The position numbers and the translations under genes are program-made. Under the pieces are notes generated by a model, which was given only the letters and a program-made list of their open reading frames with translations, was not told where the DNA came from and searched no databases. Positions 26,556 through 34,526 of a stretch of 63,474 nucleotides of DNA are shown piece after piece. Position 1 is the stretch's first letter, and each line of letters begins with the position of its first letter. Origin of the DNA: Candidatus Yonathbacteria bacterium RIFCSPLOWO2_01_FULL_47_33b (lineage in GTDB: Bacteria; Patescibacteriota; Minisyncoccia; Phycocordibacterales; UBA1550). The stretch is from positions 1 to 63,474 of the forward strand of contig MHUW01000017.1 in the NCBI GenBank assembly GCA_001823575.1, in the 5' to 3' direction.

Positions 26556-26843
26556 TTACAGTGGAAAATCAGTTTGTTTGCTCCCGCCGAATCGGCCCTT
26601 GATAGCCGTACCCCTGGTTTTCTTTTGCTCAATCTCAATCCCGCCCAAAGCTTCCTTGAAGTCCAGCTTGTGATCGGCCATAACACCCATTAGCACAGAC
26701 ACAATCGCCCAATGAGCAGGGACTTCTCCATCCTTTTTGTAGTTGGTAATGGAGTTGCAGTTGATTTTTACCAACTCGGCAAACGCCTTGTTTGTCAGCC
26801 CAGCTTTGCCGAGTTGGCGGCGGAATTCTTTATAAGTCATCAC
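26556..26843 (-). CDS. Controller-like small HTH protein heading the RM operon
   Basis: It is the first gene of the C-M-R-Vsr operon and has the HTH block AGLTNKAFAELVKINCNSITNYKKDGEVP. Confidence 0.55.
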   Translation of the reverse strand: MMTYKEFRRQLGKAGLTNKAFAELVKINCNSITNYKKDGEVPAHWAIVSVLMGVMADHKLDFKEALGGIEIEQKKTRGTAIKGRFGGSKQTDFPL

Positions 26844-26947
26844 GGCTTATAGCATTGTTTTTTAACGCCGTCAATACATCTATTAATTCAAATGTAGAAC
26901 TAATTAATTTATAAATTAAACTAAATAATGTACTAAAACCCTTGATA

Positions 26948-26985
26948 ATACATTAAGATATGTATGAGTGCATGTCTTAATGTAT
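26948..26985. promoter_or_regulatory. Candidate operator (11-nt inverted repeat) in the AT-rich region upstream of the RM operon
   Basis: The arms are atacattaaga (26948-26958) and tcttaatgtat (26975-26985), separated by 16 nt. The element lies about 100 nt upstream of the controller gene on the minus strand. Confidence 0.3.
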
Positions 26986-26999
26986 TTACGAGATTCGCC

Positions 27000-27146
27000 A
27001 TGTCTCAACGCATCCTACTCTCCGTAAAAGCCCATACCCTCTCCGTGCGCAAGGTCATGGAAATGACACACGACCAAGCGTTTTAGGTATTCATGAAATT
27101 GCGCTGGGGTGCTGGCGAAAAAACCGCCTGCTCGGTACTGAGGTAG
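27000..27146 (+). pseudogene. N-terminal remnant of an IS1595 (ISXO2-like) family transposase, interrupted by an in-frame stop
   Basis: The translation is MSQRILLSVKAHTLSVRKVMEMTHDQAF*VFMKLRWGAGEKTAC.... This resembles the MSQHFLLS..ARTLS....M..eeA...F...RW... start of the family as I recall it. There is no downstream transposase body. Confidence 0.5.
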
Positions 27147-27199
27147 GCCATGCTGTTTCCTTCAATTTAGTGGTAAGGATATACATATAAGTTTAGTAA

Positions 27200-27703
27200 T
27201 TACTGCTCACTTTCAAGCGCAGGACACCCCTCGCCATTAACGTAGGTCTTGTAGGCTGCGATCCAGTTGGTGGCAATGGCCTTCTGCGCATCCGCCAGAG
27301 AGATTTTTTCAGCACACACCATCCGCTTGAGGCGAGTTTCAACCACATCCTTGATTCGTGCCCCACAGCGCGTGTTGTACGGCTCCGGCCATAAGTTTTG
27401 CGGGTCGGTTGGATGGCCGCCTAGCTGGAGGCTAATGAGGTGGTCTTCCTCATATGAAGCCAAACTCTTGTCCCTGTACCGATACTCCTTAATTTGTTTT
27501 TTCTTGAGATCAGTCGTGTAGCTCGACGGTGGCCGTATGGTTTTCGTCCACCCGGATACGCAGATCGTTTGCTTGATGTTTTCTTGAGTTACGTCGGGGT
27601 TCGTAACGCCTGGTGTTCGGACAGGGTCGGGAAGATTGCGTGCAAACGATACGGTCGTTACAAAGCACATCCACAGCACAAAGAACCAGCGGCTTGTTTT
27701 CAT
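27200..27703 (-). CDS. Secreted HNH/His-Me-finger-like protein
   Basis: It has a signal peptide and the block TICVSGWTKTIRPPSSYT...YEEDHLISLQLGGHPTDPQNLWPEP. Confidence 0.5.
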   Translation of the reverse strand: MKTSRWFFVLWMCFVTTVSFARNLPDPVRTPGVTNPDVTQENIKQTICVSGWTKTIRPPSSYTTDLKKKQIKEYRYRDKSLASYEEDHLISLQLGGHPTDPQNLWPEPYNTRCGARIKDVVETRLKRMVCAEKISLADAQKAIATNWIAAYKTYVNGEGCPALESEQ

Positions 27704-27737
27704 AGAGTCCTCCTTGGTGAATTTACCATGTCATTTA

Positions 27738-28037
27738 CTACAACCACTGGCCTACCCCGCCATGGCGAGAGCAGGTGCCGGAACGATGACGGCTGAAGCT
27801 GTAGGTGCCATCGCGGCATTGCGCAGAAGCACCGGCAGGAATCGCCCCTGACGTACTTTTTGCAGGGGAATGGACGCTCTGGCCATCTTTGTTGATGTAG
27901 TGTCGGTGAGAATCTAGATCGCTCTCATTGGGAGAGGCTTCTTGGGTGTACGCCTGGCCAGGGGATTGTCGAGCTTCGGCAATATGCGGAACAACCAACA
28001 CCAACGCGGTTAACAGCGTGACCAATATTCTGTTCAT
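27738..28037 (-). CDS. DUF3761-like secreted protein
   Basis: It has a signal peptide and the C-terminal block CRDGTYSFSRHRSGTCSRHGGVGQWL. Confidence 0.6.
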   Translation of the reverse strand: MNRILVTLLTALVLVVPHIAEARQSPGQAYTQEASPNESDLDSHRHYINKDGQSVHSPAKSTSGAIPAGASAQCRDGTYSFSRHRSGTCSRHGGVGQWL

Positions 28038-28089
28038 ATATCCTCCCTTTCGTGATTAACGTTGTTACCTTACTTACTGACCTGCATCT

Positions 28090-31000
28090 TCAAGCTTTCT
28101 GCGCCCGCGAAAGCGAACGTGCAATCACCTGCGCGACTGCTGACCGCCGCTCGGCAACATCCTCATAGGACATCACTTGGCGGTTCACCTTGACCTTGTA
28201 GCCCCGCACGGTAGTATGGGTCGGCGTTACGGTATCCAGCCGCTCCAAGGCCGCCACAATGTCCTCAGGAGCGAGAAACTCTATGGGTACCACCTGCGCC
28301 ATTTCCCTCAATTTCTTGGTGATCTTTTCTCGCCGCTTGGCATCGGGGGAAATGAAGAGAATCTGGGTAAAGCCAGAAGCGAGGCATTTCTTCAAGTTTT
28401 CCACTTCGTGATCCACATTCGTCGTTATCGAAATCTCGCATGCGATCACCAAGGATTCCTTGCGGAGCACGATATCCACTTTGCCTCCGGTGACCTGCTC
28501 CTCAATGACCGCGCGGAAGCCGCGCTCTTCACCCAAGCGCTTTACCAAATGCTGGAGGTACTTGTGTTCCTGCCCACCTCGTCCAAGAGGTGTAGGTTCC
28601 GGCGGGGGAATGGGGCGAGACTTGGGAGGCGATGTTTTTACTGCGAGAGGTGGAGCTTCAGGTGTTTCTACGGCAAGAATTTCTCGCGCAGCATCGGACT
28701 CTTCCTGTTGTGCAAGGGGAGTGCTTGGAATCTCCGCAGGCGCTGCTTCTTGTGCTGTTGCATGCGCCTTGCGAAGTTCTTCTTCCAGTGCGGAACGAGG
28801 TCTGGCATACGCTTGCCGCGATGCTTCAAGTACCAAGACGCTCCGGGTGGCCACAACATCTGGCTCGATTTTTGAGGCCGGGAATGTTTTCAGGTTGAAG
28901 TCATTTCCGGCGCTCCCGATCCGCACCACCGCTTCACCACGAGTAAGGTTCTGCAAATCACTTGCTTCGAAAGATGCAAAGCCTCGGGCAAGGCTTACCG
29001 CATCGGTATGGTCAACCCGGAATACGATACGGGTATGGATATTGCCAAGGATGGCACTCTCTACCGGGGAGCTGTGAAGTTGAGAAAGCGTTTGGTGGGC
29101 AAGCGTAAGCCCAAGCCCGTACTTTCTCGATTCCGTAAGGAGGGACGCCATTGAAGGCGTCACGAAGTGTTGGAACTCATCAAGGTAGAGGAAGTAGGGG
29201 CGGCGGTCTTCCCTGGCCGTCTGTTGCCGGGCAAGGGCAAGCTGATGGAATTTGCTCACGAGGAGGCTGCCCAGAAGGTGCGCGTTTTCTTCGCCAATGA
29301 CGCCGTGGGAAAGCTTGACGAGGAGTATCTTCCCCTCGTTCATGATGCGGGCAAGGTCGAGATTGCCACGCCGTTCTCCCACCATATACCGGATGAGCTT
29401 GGGTCGGAGAAATGCATCTAGGCGCGTCAGGATCGGGCCAATGGAACGGGAGCCGATGAGGGGATATTCCTTTCCCCAGAAGAAACAGATTTCTTCATCG
29501 TGGATTTCCGCAAGGAATGCTCTTCTCCATGCGTCATCGAGAAGAAAGCGGCGGAGGTCGAGGAGCGTACCGCCCTTGGGATGTTCCAGCATAGCTATCA
29601 CGGCATTTCCCAAGACTGCGCTCATGGTGTCGCCCCAGCTTGTCGCCAGGCGCTTGAAAATTCCCACCAGGTCGGATGCAATGAGGTTCTTTTCCGCCTC
29701 GCTCCCGGCAGAGAGCATATTGAAGCCGATGATCCAATCTTCATCACCGGGATCAAACACCACGACATCACGCACCCGCTCTTCCGGGATACGGGACAGG
29801 ATGTCCTCGATCAAGTCACCATGCGGGTCGAAGACAGCGACCCCTTCGCCATGCTGCATGTCCTGCTCGATCATATTCAAAAGAAGGGTTGATTTCCCCG
29901 TACCCGAGGCACCGATCACATGCACATGCTGGAGCCGGTCAGGAGTGCAGAGTGTTGCTCGGGTGCTGATTCCCCGGTAGATGTTCTCGCCGAGTACCAA
30001 CCTGTGCCCCATCGCAATATCGGGGAGTGCCTTGGTGTGTTTCCGTTCCCGTTTGAGCGCAGGATGAGCTACGGATGCATCTGGGAGGTGGACGAAGCCC
30101 AAGAGTTCATCCAGGGAAAGGATCATCCCGGTACGGAAGCTTTGGCGGGCAAGCAAGGCCAGTTCATGGAGTTCGTCGGGGTACTCATCGTTTTCAAGCG
30201 GCACCAGCTCATTGCTGCCCGGTCGTGCAAACTGAAGGAGGAAGCCTCCCATCGACCGTGCCAGGCTCCATGCGCGCTCTTTGGTGGTTCCCTGTGCGGC
30301 AATGCGGAGCACCACAGCAAAGAGCGGCGTTTTCGTCTTGTCCCGTGCAGAGGGTACAAACTCCGGGGCATCCGCAAAGAGGGAGCCATTCCCGCCATCG
30401 CTTACGGCCTCCCGGATGCTTCGCTCCCACGGATTTCGCACCCGCTCAAAGAGCACCTGGAAGCAGGCCGTTTCGTTGCTGCCCGCTTGTGACAGCGCAG
30501 ACACTAGCGGAATGTAGGGATCGACTTTGAGGGAGTTTACTGCTTGAAGAGGAAGGAAGAATTCATAGGAGAGACCGAAATCAATGACGATACTCTCTCC
30601 GTCTTCATGCCACGCCTCCATGAGGATATCCGGCCCTTCGGTAACGGTCGCTTCCGGGACATACCCGGCAATGGTTTCCATTACTTGCGCCTTATCTGAC
30701 TCCCCACAGGTAAGCGTAAGGGAAACCTCTCCACCGTGGCCGACGATCTCGAAGGAGAGTGGTTCAAGCGCGGTGGAGAGGGCAAGTAAGAGTTTCCCGA
30801 GAACGTCCGCCTGTGCCGCAAAATCCGGGGGGACACTCACCGTGAGGGTGACAAACTGCTCGGCAGGGAGTACAGGAAACGGAGGCGCTTCCTCGAAGGG
30901 GGCGACTTCAGAATTCGCATTTCCCTTGAACAGGGTTACTACCGCATCCACGAGGGAAGAGAGAAGCGTAGGCCGTCTCCCATCATCAATCGGCCCCGAA

Positions 31001-31143
31001 GGGTGCTCAAGGTCAGGCAGCAGGAAGAAAGGACGGTACGGCGGCTCCAAGGATACCGGGTAGTCGGCAATATGCCAGCCACGCCCACGCATTTCCCAAG
31101 CGTAGAAGCTTTCCGTCACCATTTCGGCGGGGGAGCGAGACAC
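28090..31143 (-). CDS. Three-part protein: unknown about 400-aa N-domain, TraD/VirD4/HerA-like P-loop ATPase, Pro/Glu/Ala linker, C-terminal restriction-endonuclease-like domain
   Basis: The ATPase motifs are Walker A GASGTGKST, DPHGDL, Walker B FLYLDEFQ, and LAHQ. The C-terminal block is GGQEHKYLQHLVKRLGEERGF.AVIEEQV.GGKVDIVL....IACEISITT...EVENLKKCL. No TM helix is evident. Confidence 0.6.
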   Translation of the reverse strand: MSRSPAEMVTESFYAWEMRGRGWHIADYPVSLEPPYRPFFLLPDLEHPSGPIDDGRRPTLLSSLVDAVVTLFKGNANSEVAPFEEAPPFPVLPAEQFVTLTVSVPPDFAAQADVLGKLLLALSTALEPLSFEIVGHGGEVSLTLTCGESDKAQVMETIAGYVPEATVTEGPDILMEAWHEDGESIVIDFGLSYEFFLPLQAVNSLKVDPYIPLVSALSQAGSNETACFQVLFERVRNPWERSIREAVSDGGNGSLFADAPEFVPSARDKTKTPLFAVVLRIAAQGTTKERAWSLARSMGGFLLQFARPGSNELVPLENDEYPDELHELALLARQSFRTGMILSLDELLGFVHLPDASVAHPALKRERKHTKALPDIAMGHRLVLGENIYRGISTRATLCTPDRLQHVHVIGASGTGKSTLLLNMIEQDMQHGEGVAVFDPHGDLIEDILSRIPEERVRDVVVFDPGDEDWIIGFNMLSAGSEAEKNLIASDLVGIFKRLATSWGDTMSAVLGNAVIAMLEHPKGGTLLDLRRFLLDDAWRRAFLAEIHDEEICFFWGKEYPLIGSRSIGPILTRLDAFLRPKLIRYMVGERRGNLDLARIMNEGKILLVKLSHGVIGEENAHLLGSLLVSKFHQLALARQQTAREDRRPYFLYLDEFQHFVTPSMASLLTESRKYGLGLTLAHQTLSQLHSSPVESAILGNIHTRIVFRVDHTDAVSLARGFASFEASDLQNLTRGEAVVRIGSAGNDFNLKTFPASKIEPDVVATRSVLVLEASRQAYARPRSALEEELRKAHATAQEAAPAEIPSTPLAQQEESDAAREILAVETPEAPPLAVKTSPPKSRPIPPPEPTPLGRGGQEHKYLQHLVKRLGEERGFRAVIEEQVTGGKVDIVLRKESLVIACEISITTNVDHEVENLKKCLASGFTQILFISPDAKRREKITKKLREMAQVVPIEFLAPEDIVAALERLDTVTPTHTTVRGYKVKVNRQVMSYEDVAERRSAVAQVIARSLSRAQKA

Positions 31144-31157
31144 GGTGCACTCGGAGG

Positions 31158-31664
31158 CTAGAATCGTCCGAAGAAATCGCGCATCTCGGGCTTCCGCTCA
31201 GCCTCAGAGAGCGCCCGCAGTCCCTGCTTGGTCACTATCTGATCCAGTGCTTGCAGCACCGCCGCATGGGTGAGCGACCGGAACATGCTCTCCGTATCAG
31301 CTTTGTAGTAGGTGAGGGGCTTGAGAACGTTGCTGACGAAGAAGCCGAGGATGGGAATGCGGGCCACGAACGCCCAGAATCCTTTCTGTATCTCCCCGAG
31401 CCATGAGGACACGAAGAAGCCATTGCCGAAGGGAGCGGCACAGACATGGAATACGAGGGCATTACGCCGGATTTGCAGGTATTCGCGCTTAGCGGAGAGG
31501 ATACCGCCCTCGGAGAGGTTCACCCGCTCGATCTTGATATCCGTGAGCTTGTGAACCCCGAGCCCTTGCTCAATGGAATCGTAGAATTCCTTTGAGGAGC
31601 AGGAGAGTCCCTGCACCATGTTGCTCCAATGCGAAACAATACCCGTTGGTACGATCACTCCCAT
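31158..31664 (-). CDS. Hypothetical protein with one hydrophobic segment, in an operon with the ATPases
   Basis: This 168-aa ORF lies 14 nt upstream of 28090..31143. It has the hydrophobic stretch FWAFVARIPILGFFVSNVL. Confidence 0.4.
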   Translation of the reverse strand: MGVIVPTGIVSHWSNMVQGLSCSSKEFYDSIEQGLGVHKLTDIKIERVNLSEGGILSAKREYLQIRRNALVFHVCAAPFGNGFFVSSWLGEIQKGFWAFVARIPILGFFVSNVLKPLTYYKADTESMFRSLTHAAVLQALDQIVTKQGLRALSEAERKPEMRDFFGRF

Positions 31665-31812
31665 GATGCTCCCCCTTGGCCGTCCACTTTCGTTATGTGG
31701 TCATTATGCTCCCCAAATATCTTTTTGTTCAAGCACTTCGGAGAATGGCGTCCCGGCTCGTCGGGCTTGGTCTACAATTACTTTCTCCACAACCTCCTAT
31801 CTGCTTTTCATC

Positions 31813-32079
31813 ATGAGCATATATACCGACAGTGAATTCCAGTTGAAACCGGTCAAGTTCCGCACGGATTTTGATGAGGTTGATGAAAGGTGGGGCGTGG
31901 AACCGGCAGACCCGCGCACGGTTGAGTATGTCATTGCGCTCCCGGAGGTGCAGTTTTCTTCCGAGGAGGCTGCTCGGGCATTCTGTGCGTGGCTCAACGA
32001 GACTGGCCAAGCCGGGGATTTCTTTGACTTGATGTGGGATACGGTGAGAAAACCTAGTCCTCTGCATCAGCCGCATTAA
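31813..32079 (+). CDS. Small acidic hypothetical protein (convergent with the 418-aa ATPase gene)
   Basis: It is an 88-aa ORF from the ATG at 31813 inside track ORF 31618..32079. Confidence 0.2.
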   Translation: MSIYTDSEFQLKPVKFRTDFDEVDERWGVEPADPRTVEYVIALPEVQFSSEEAARAFCAWLNETGQAGDFFDLMWDTVRKPSPLHQPH

Positions 32080-32080
32080 T

Positions 32081-33268
32081 CTAAGAAATCTGTTCTTCGA
32101 TGGTATCAGGGTGAAGCGTCCGGGCGCTGAAGGGAGCACTCGGCGCACCGTCGATCATGAGTTTCAAGTAGATATCGTGATTGGGAAGGTTCACCAAATC
32201 TTCCACAGAGAAAACTGGCTCAAACTCGCGGGCGAGGATGAGGGCATCCTCCGGCCCGACGCGGAAGGTAATGATTGTGCCGACATTGGCGAGCACCGCG
32301 TGCCGCACATCCGGCACCAGTTGGTGAAGATGCTGGTGCGCAAGCACGAGCCCCAATTTGAATTTCCGCAGCTCGGAAACCATGTTCGCCACGGACAGTG
32401 TCGTGAAGCTCTGAAACTCGTCCAGGTAGAGGTAGAACGGATGGCGTCTGTCTTCAGGTAGTTCGCTTCGGCTGAAGGCGGCAAGGTTCAAGGTGGTCAC
32501 CAGTAGGGCTCCCAAGAGGTTTGCGCTGTCTTCACCCAAGCGTCCTTTGGCGAGGTTCACGATGAGGATTTTCCCTGCATCCATGATCTGGCGGAAGTGG
32601 AGGTCGGTCTCAGGTTCGGTGAATATGCGGTAAAGCCTCGGATCAGCGAGGAAGGCCCCGATCTTGTTCTGGATGGGGCCGATCATTTCCTGGCGGTAGC
32701 GGGGGTTGTAATGGGGGAATTCTCCTTCCCAGAATTCCCGTACCTGGATGTTTTCCACCTTTTTGAGCACCGCTCGCTGAAACCCGGTATCTGTGAGCAT
32801 TCTCAGTACATCAGGAAGCGTTGCCTCCCCATACTCAATCAAGGCATACAGGGTGTTTCTCAAGATGTGCTCCATGCGTACACCCCAGGCGTCATCAAAC
32901 AATTTTTTGAATGCTTCCATGAGGCCGGATACGGCCAAGGGAACCTTCTCCTTCCGCACCCGCCGCAAGGGGTTGTAGCCATACGGCTGATTGATGTCGG
33001 CAGCATCGAGGTAGATGAGGTCATCGGGGCGGTATTTCTTGATATGGGGGATGAGCCGTTCCGCCAAGTCCCCGTGGGGATCAACGAGACAAATACCCCG
33101 CCCGTTCTGTATATCCTGGAGCGCGAGGGTTTCCAGGAGCGTTGACTTGCCGGTGCCGGTTCTTCCGATGATGTAGAAATGGGAGAGTCGGTCATGTTCC
33201 TTGATCCCAAACCGTACTTTCCTCCTCTTGTTCGTCATCCCGAAGTAATTGATGTCTTTCTTGGTCAT
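32081..33268 (-). CDS. Soluble TraD/VirD4/HerA-like P-loop ATPase, paralog of the central domain of 28090..31143
   Basis: The motifs GRTGTGKST, DPHGDL, FYLYLDEFQ and LAHQ are collinear with the 1017-aa protein. The start is uncertain (33268, 33280 or 33337). Confidence 0.6.
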   Translation of the reverse strand: MTKKDINYFGMTNKRRKVRFGIKEHDRLSHFYIIGRTGTGKSTLLETLALQDIQNGRGICLVDPHGDLAERLIPHIKKYRPDDLIYLDAADINQPYGYNPLRRVRKEKVPLAVSGLMEAFKKLFDDAWGVRMEHILRNTLYALIEYGEATLPDVLRMLTDTGFQRAVLKKVENIQVREFWEGEFPHYNPRYRQEMIGPIQNKIGAFLADPRLYRIFTEPETDLHFRQIMDAGKILIVNLAKGRLGEDSANLLGALLVTTLNLAAFSRSELPEDRRHPFYLYLDEFQSFTTLSVANMVSELRKFKLGLVLAHQHLHQLVPDVRHAVLANVGTIITFRVGPEDALILAREFEPVFSVEDLVNLPNHDIYLKLMIDGAPSAPFSARTLHPDTIEEQIS

Positions 33269-33405
33269 GCATCCAAGCATACCGACTAGGAGCGCGACGT
33301 CACGGTGAGTAATTGTGCCATGCGCGCATATTCCCACGTCATGTAATTATTCGCCGTATGGTTAACTATGTATGTCGGGTTGTTCTTTAACGAAAGGAGC
33401 TCGAC

Positions 33406-33969
33406 ATGAATATGCATACCCGTTCTAACACTGAATTACTCGGTATTCTCATAGGGGAGAAGAAAGCAAATGGACTCTACACCTCGCTGTCATCCCTCAT
33501 CTTTGCCGAAGAGGGAACCAGTCTCTACTTCCTGGAGCTTGCCGCCGCACGGGAGCTTGTAAAGCGGTCGCTCAAGGAAGAGTTGCAGTACCAGGATGTT
33601 CTCTCTTCACCCGGTAATGTTATGGATTACCTCAAGGTGTCGCTCACTGGATATGGGCATGAAGTATTCATTGCACTCTTTCTCGATGCCCAGCATCACC
33701 TCATTACTGCTGAGGAGATGTTCCGGGGGACGCTCACGCAAACCTCGGTGTATCCCCGCGAGGTGGTGAAACGAGCTCTTGCCGTAAATGCCGCAGCCGT
33801 CATCTTTGCTCACAACCATCCTTCTGGGGTGGCGGAGCCGAGTAGAGCGGATGAGGCATTAACAAACGCACTGAAACAGGCGCTGGCACTCGTGGATGTA
33901 AAGGTGCTCGATCACTTCGTGGTGGCAGGGGCGGAGGTGATGAGCTTTGCGGAGAGGGGGTTGATATGA
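33406..33969 (+). CDS. radC: RadC-like JAB/MPN domain protein
   Basis: It contains the JAMM motif [16 protein letters not shown]...VKVLDHFVV. Confidence 0.85.
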   Translation: MNMHTRSNTELLGILIGEKKANGLYTSLSSLIFAEEGTSLYFLELAAARELVKRSLKEELQYQDVLSSPGNVMDYLKVSLTGYGHEVFIALFLDAQHHLITAEEMFRGTLTQTSVYPREVVKRALAVNAAAVIFAHNHPSGVAEPSRADEALTNALKQALALVDVKVLDHFVVAGAEVMSFAERGLI

Positions 33970-34027
33970 AAAACTGAAGAAAGCAGTTTACCCCACCGGA
34001 AGGCGGGGTTTTGTTGTTGAGGTGAGG

Positions 34028-34501
34028 TTATGCAGAGTCTGTCTCGGGCTTCCATCCAGATTCGATTCTTTCTATGAGGAGTGTGTCATTCCAAATTCCG
34101 CGAATTGGCATTTTTCGTTGTTCTGGCGTCAAATCACCAACCCGCCATTCTTTTTCACCATCCCAAAGCCACCAAGTAGTTACTTTGCCTGTTGCTGGAT
34201 CGGCAACCCCCGCTCTAAATGTTGGAAATTTCTTTGCAAAATCGGGGACTGGCGCATTTCCTACTATCGACACGATTTGCTTGTTCACCGCTGCACTGAG
34301 GGGAAAGAAAACCACAAACCGTTCCGACTCTTCTGCGATTTGTAAATAGTCATGAACTGGGGCATCGTAGATATTTGGGAGAACACGAATTAGCGCCCCG
34401 TATTGTGGGTGTTTATGAATATATTGCGCATAAGCAAATCCTTTGGAAGTCCGGATTTGCACAATATCGCCAATCTTAAGTTGAGTCATGGATATTCCCA
34501 C
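34028..34501 (-). CDS. Putative immunity protein for the upstream toxin
   Basis: This 157-aa ORF lies 25 nt downstream of the toxin gene on the same strand. It has no signal peptide. Confidence 0.35.
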   Translation of the reverse strand: MGISMTQLKIGDIVQIRTSKGFAYAQYIHKHPQYGALIRVLPNIYDAPVHDYLQIAEESERFVVFFPLSAAVNKQIVSIVGNAPVPDFAKKFPTFRAGVADPATGKVTTWWLWDGEKEWRVGDLTPEQRKMPIRGIWNDTLLIERIESGWKPETDSA

Positions 34502-34526
34502 CCTTATTTAGGGGGTTAAATGTTTG

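Noticed and set aside
28090-33337. I considered an integrative conjugative element with a type IV secretion system.
   Set aside because: Only coupling-protein-like ATPases are present. There is no relaxase, VirB4, VirB6/8/10 or pilin, and the ATPases lack membrane anchors.
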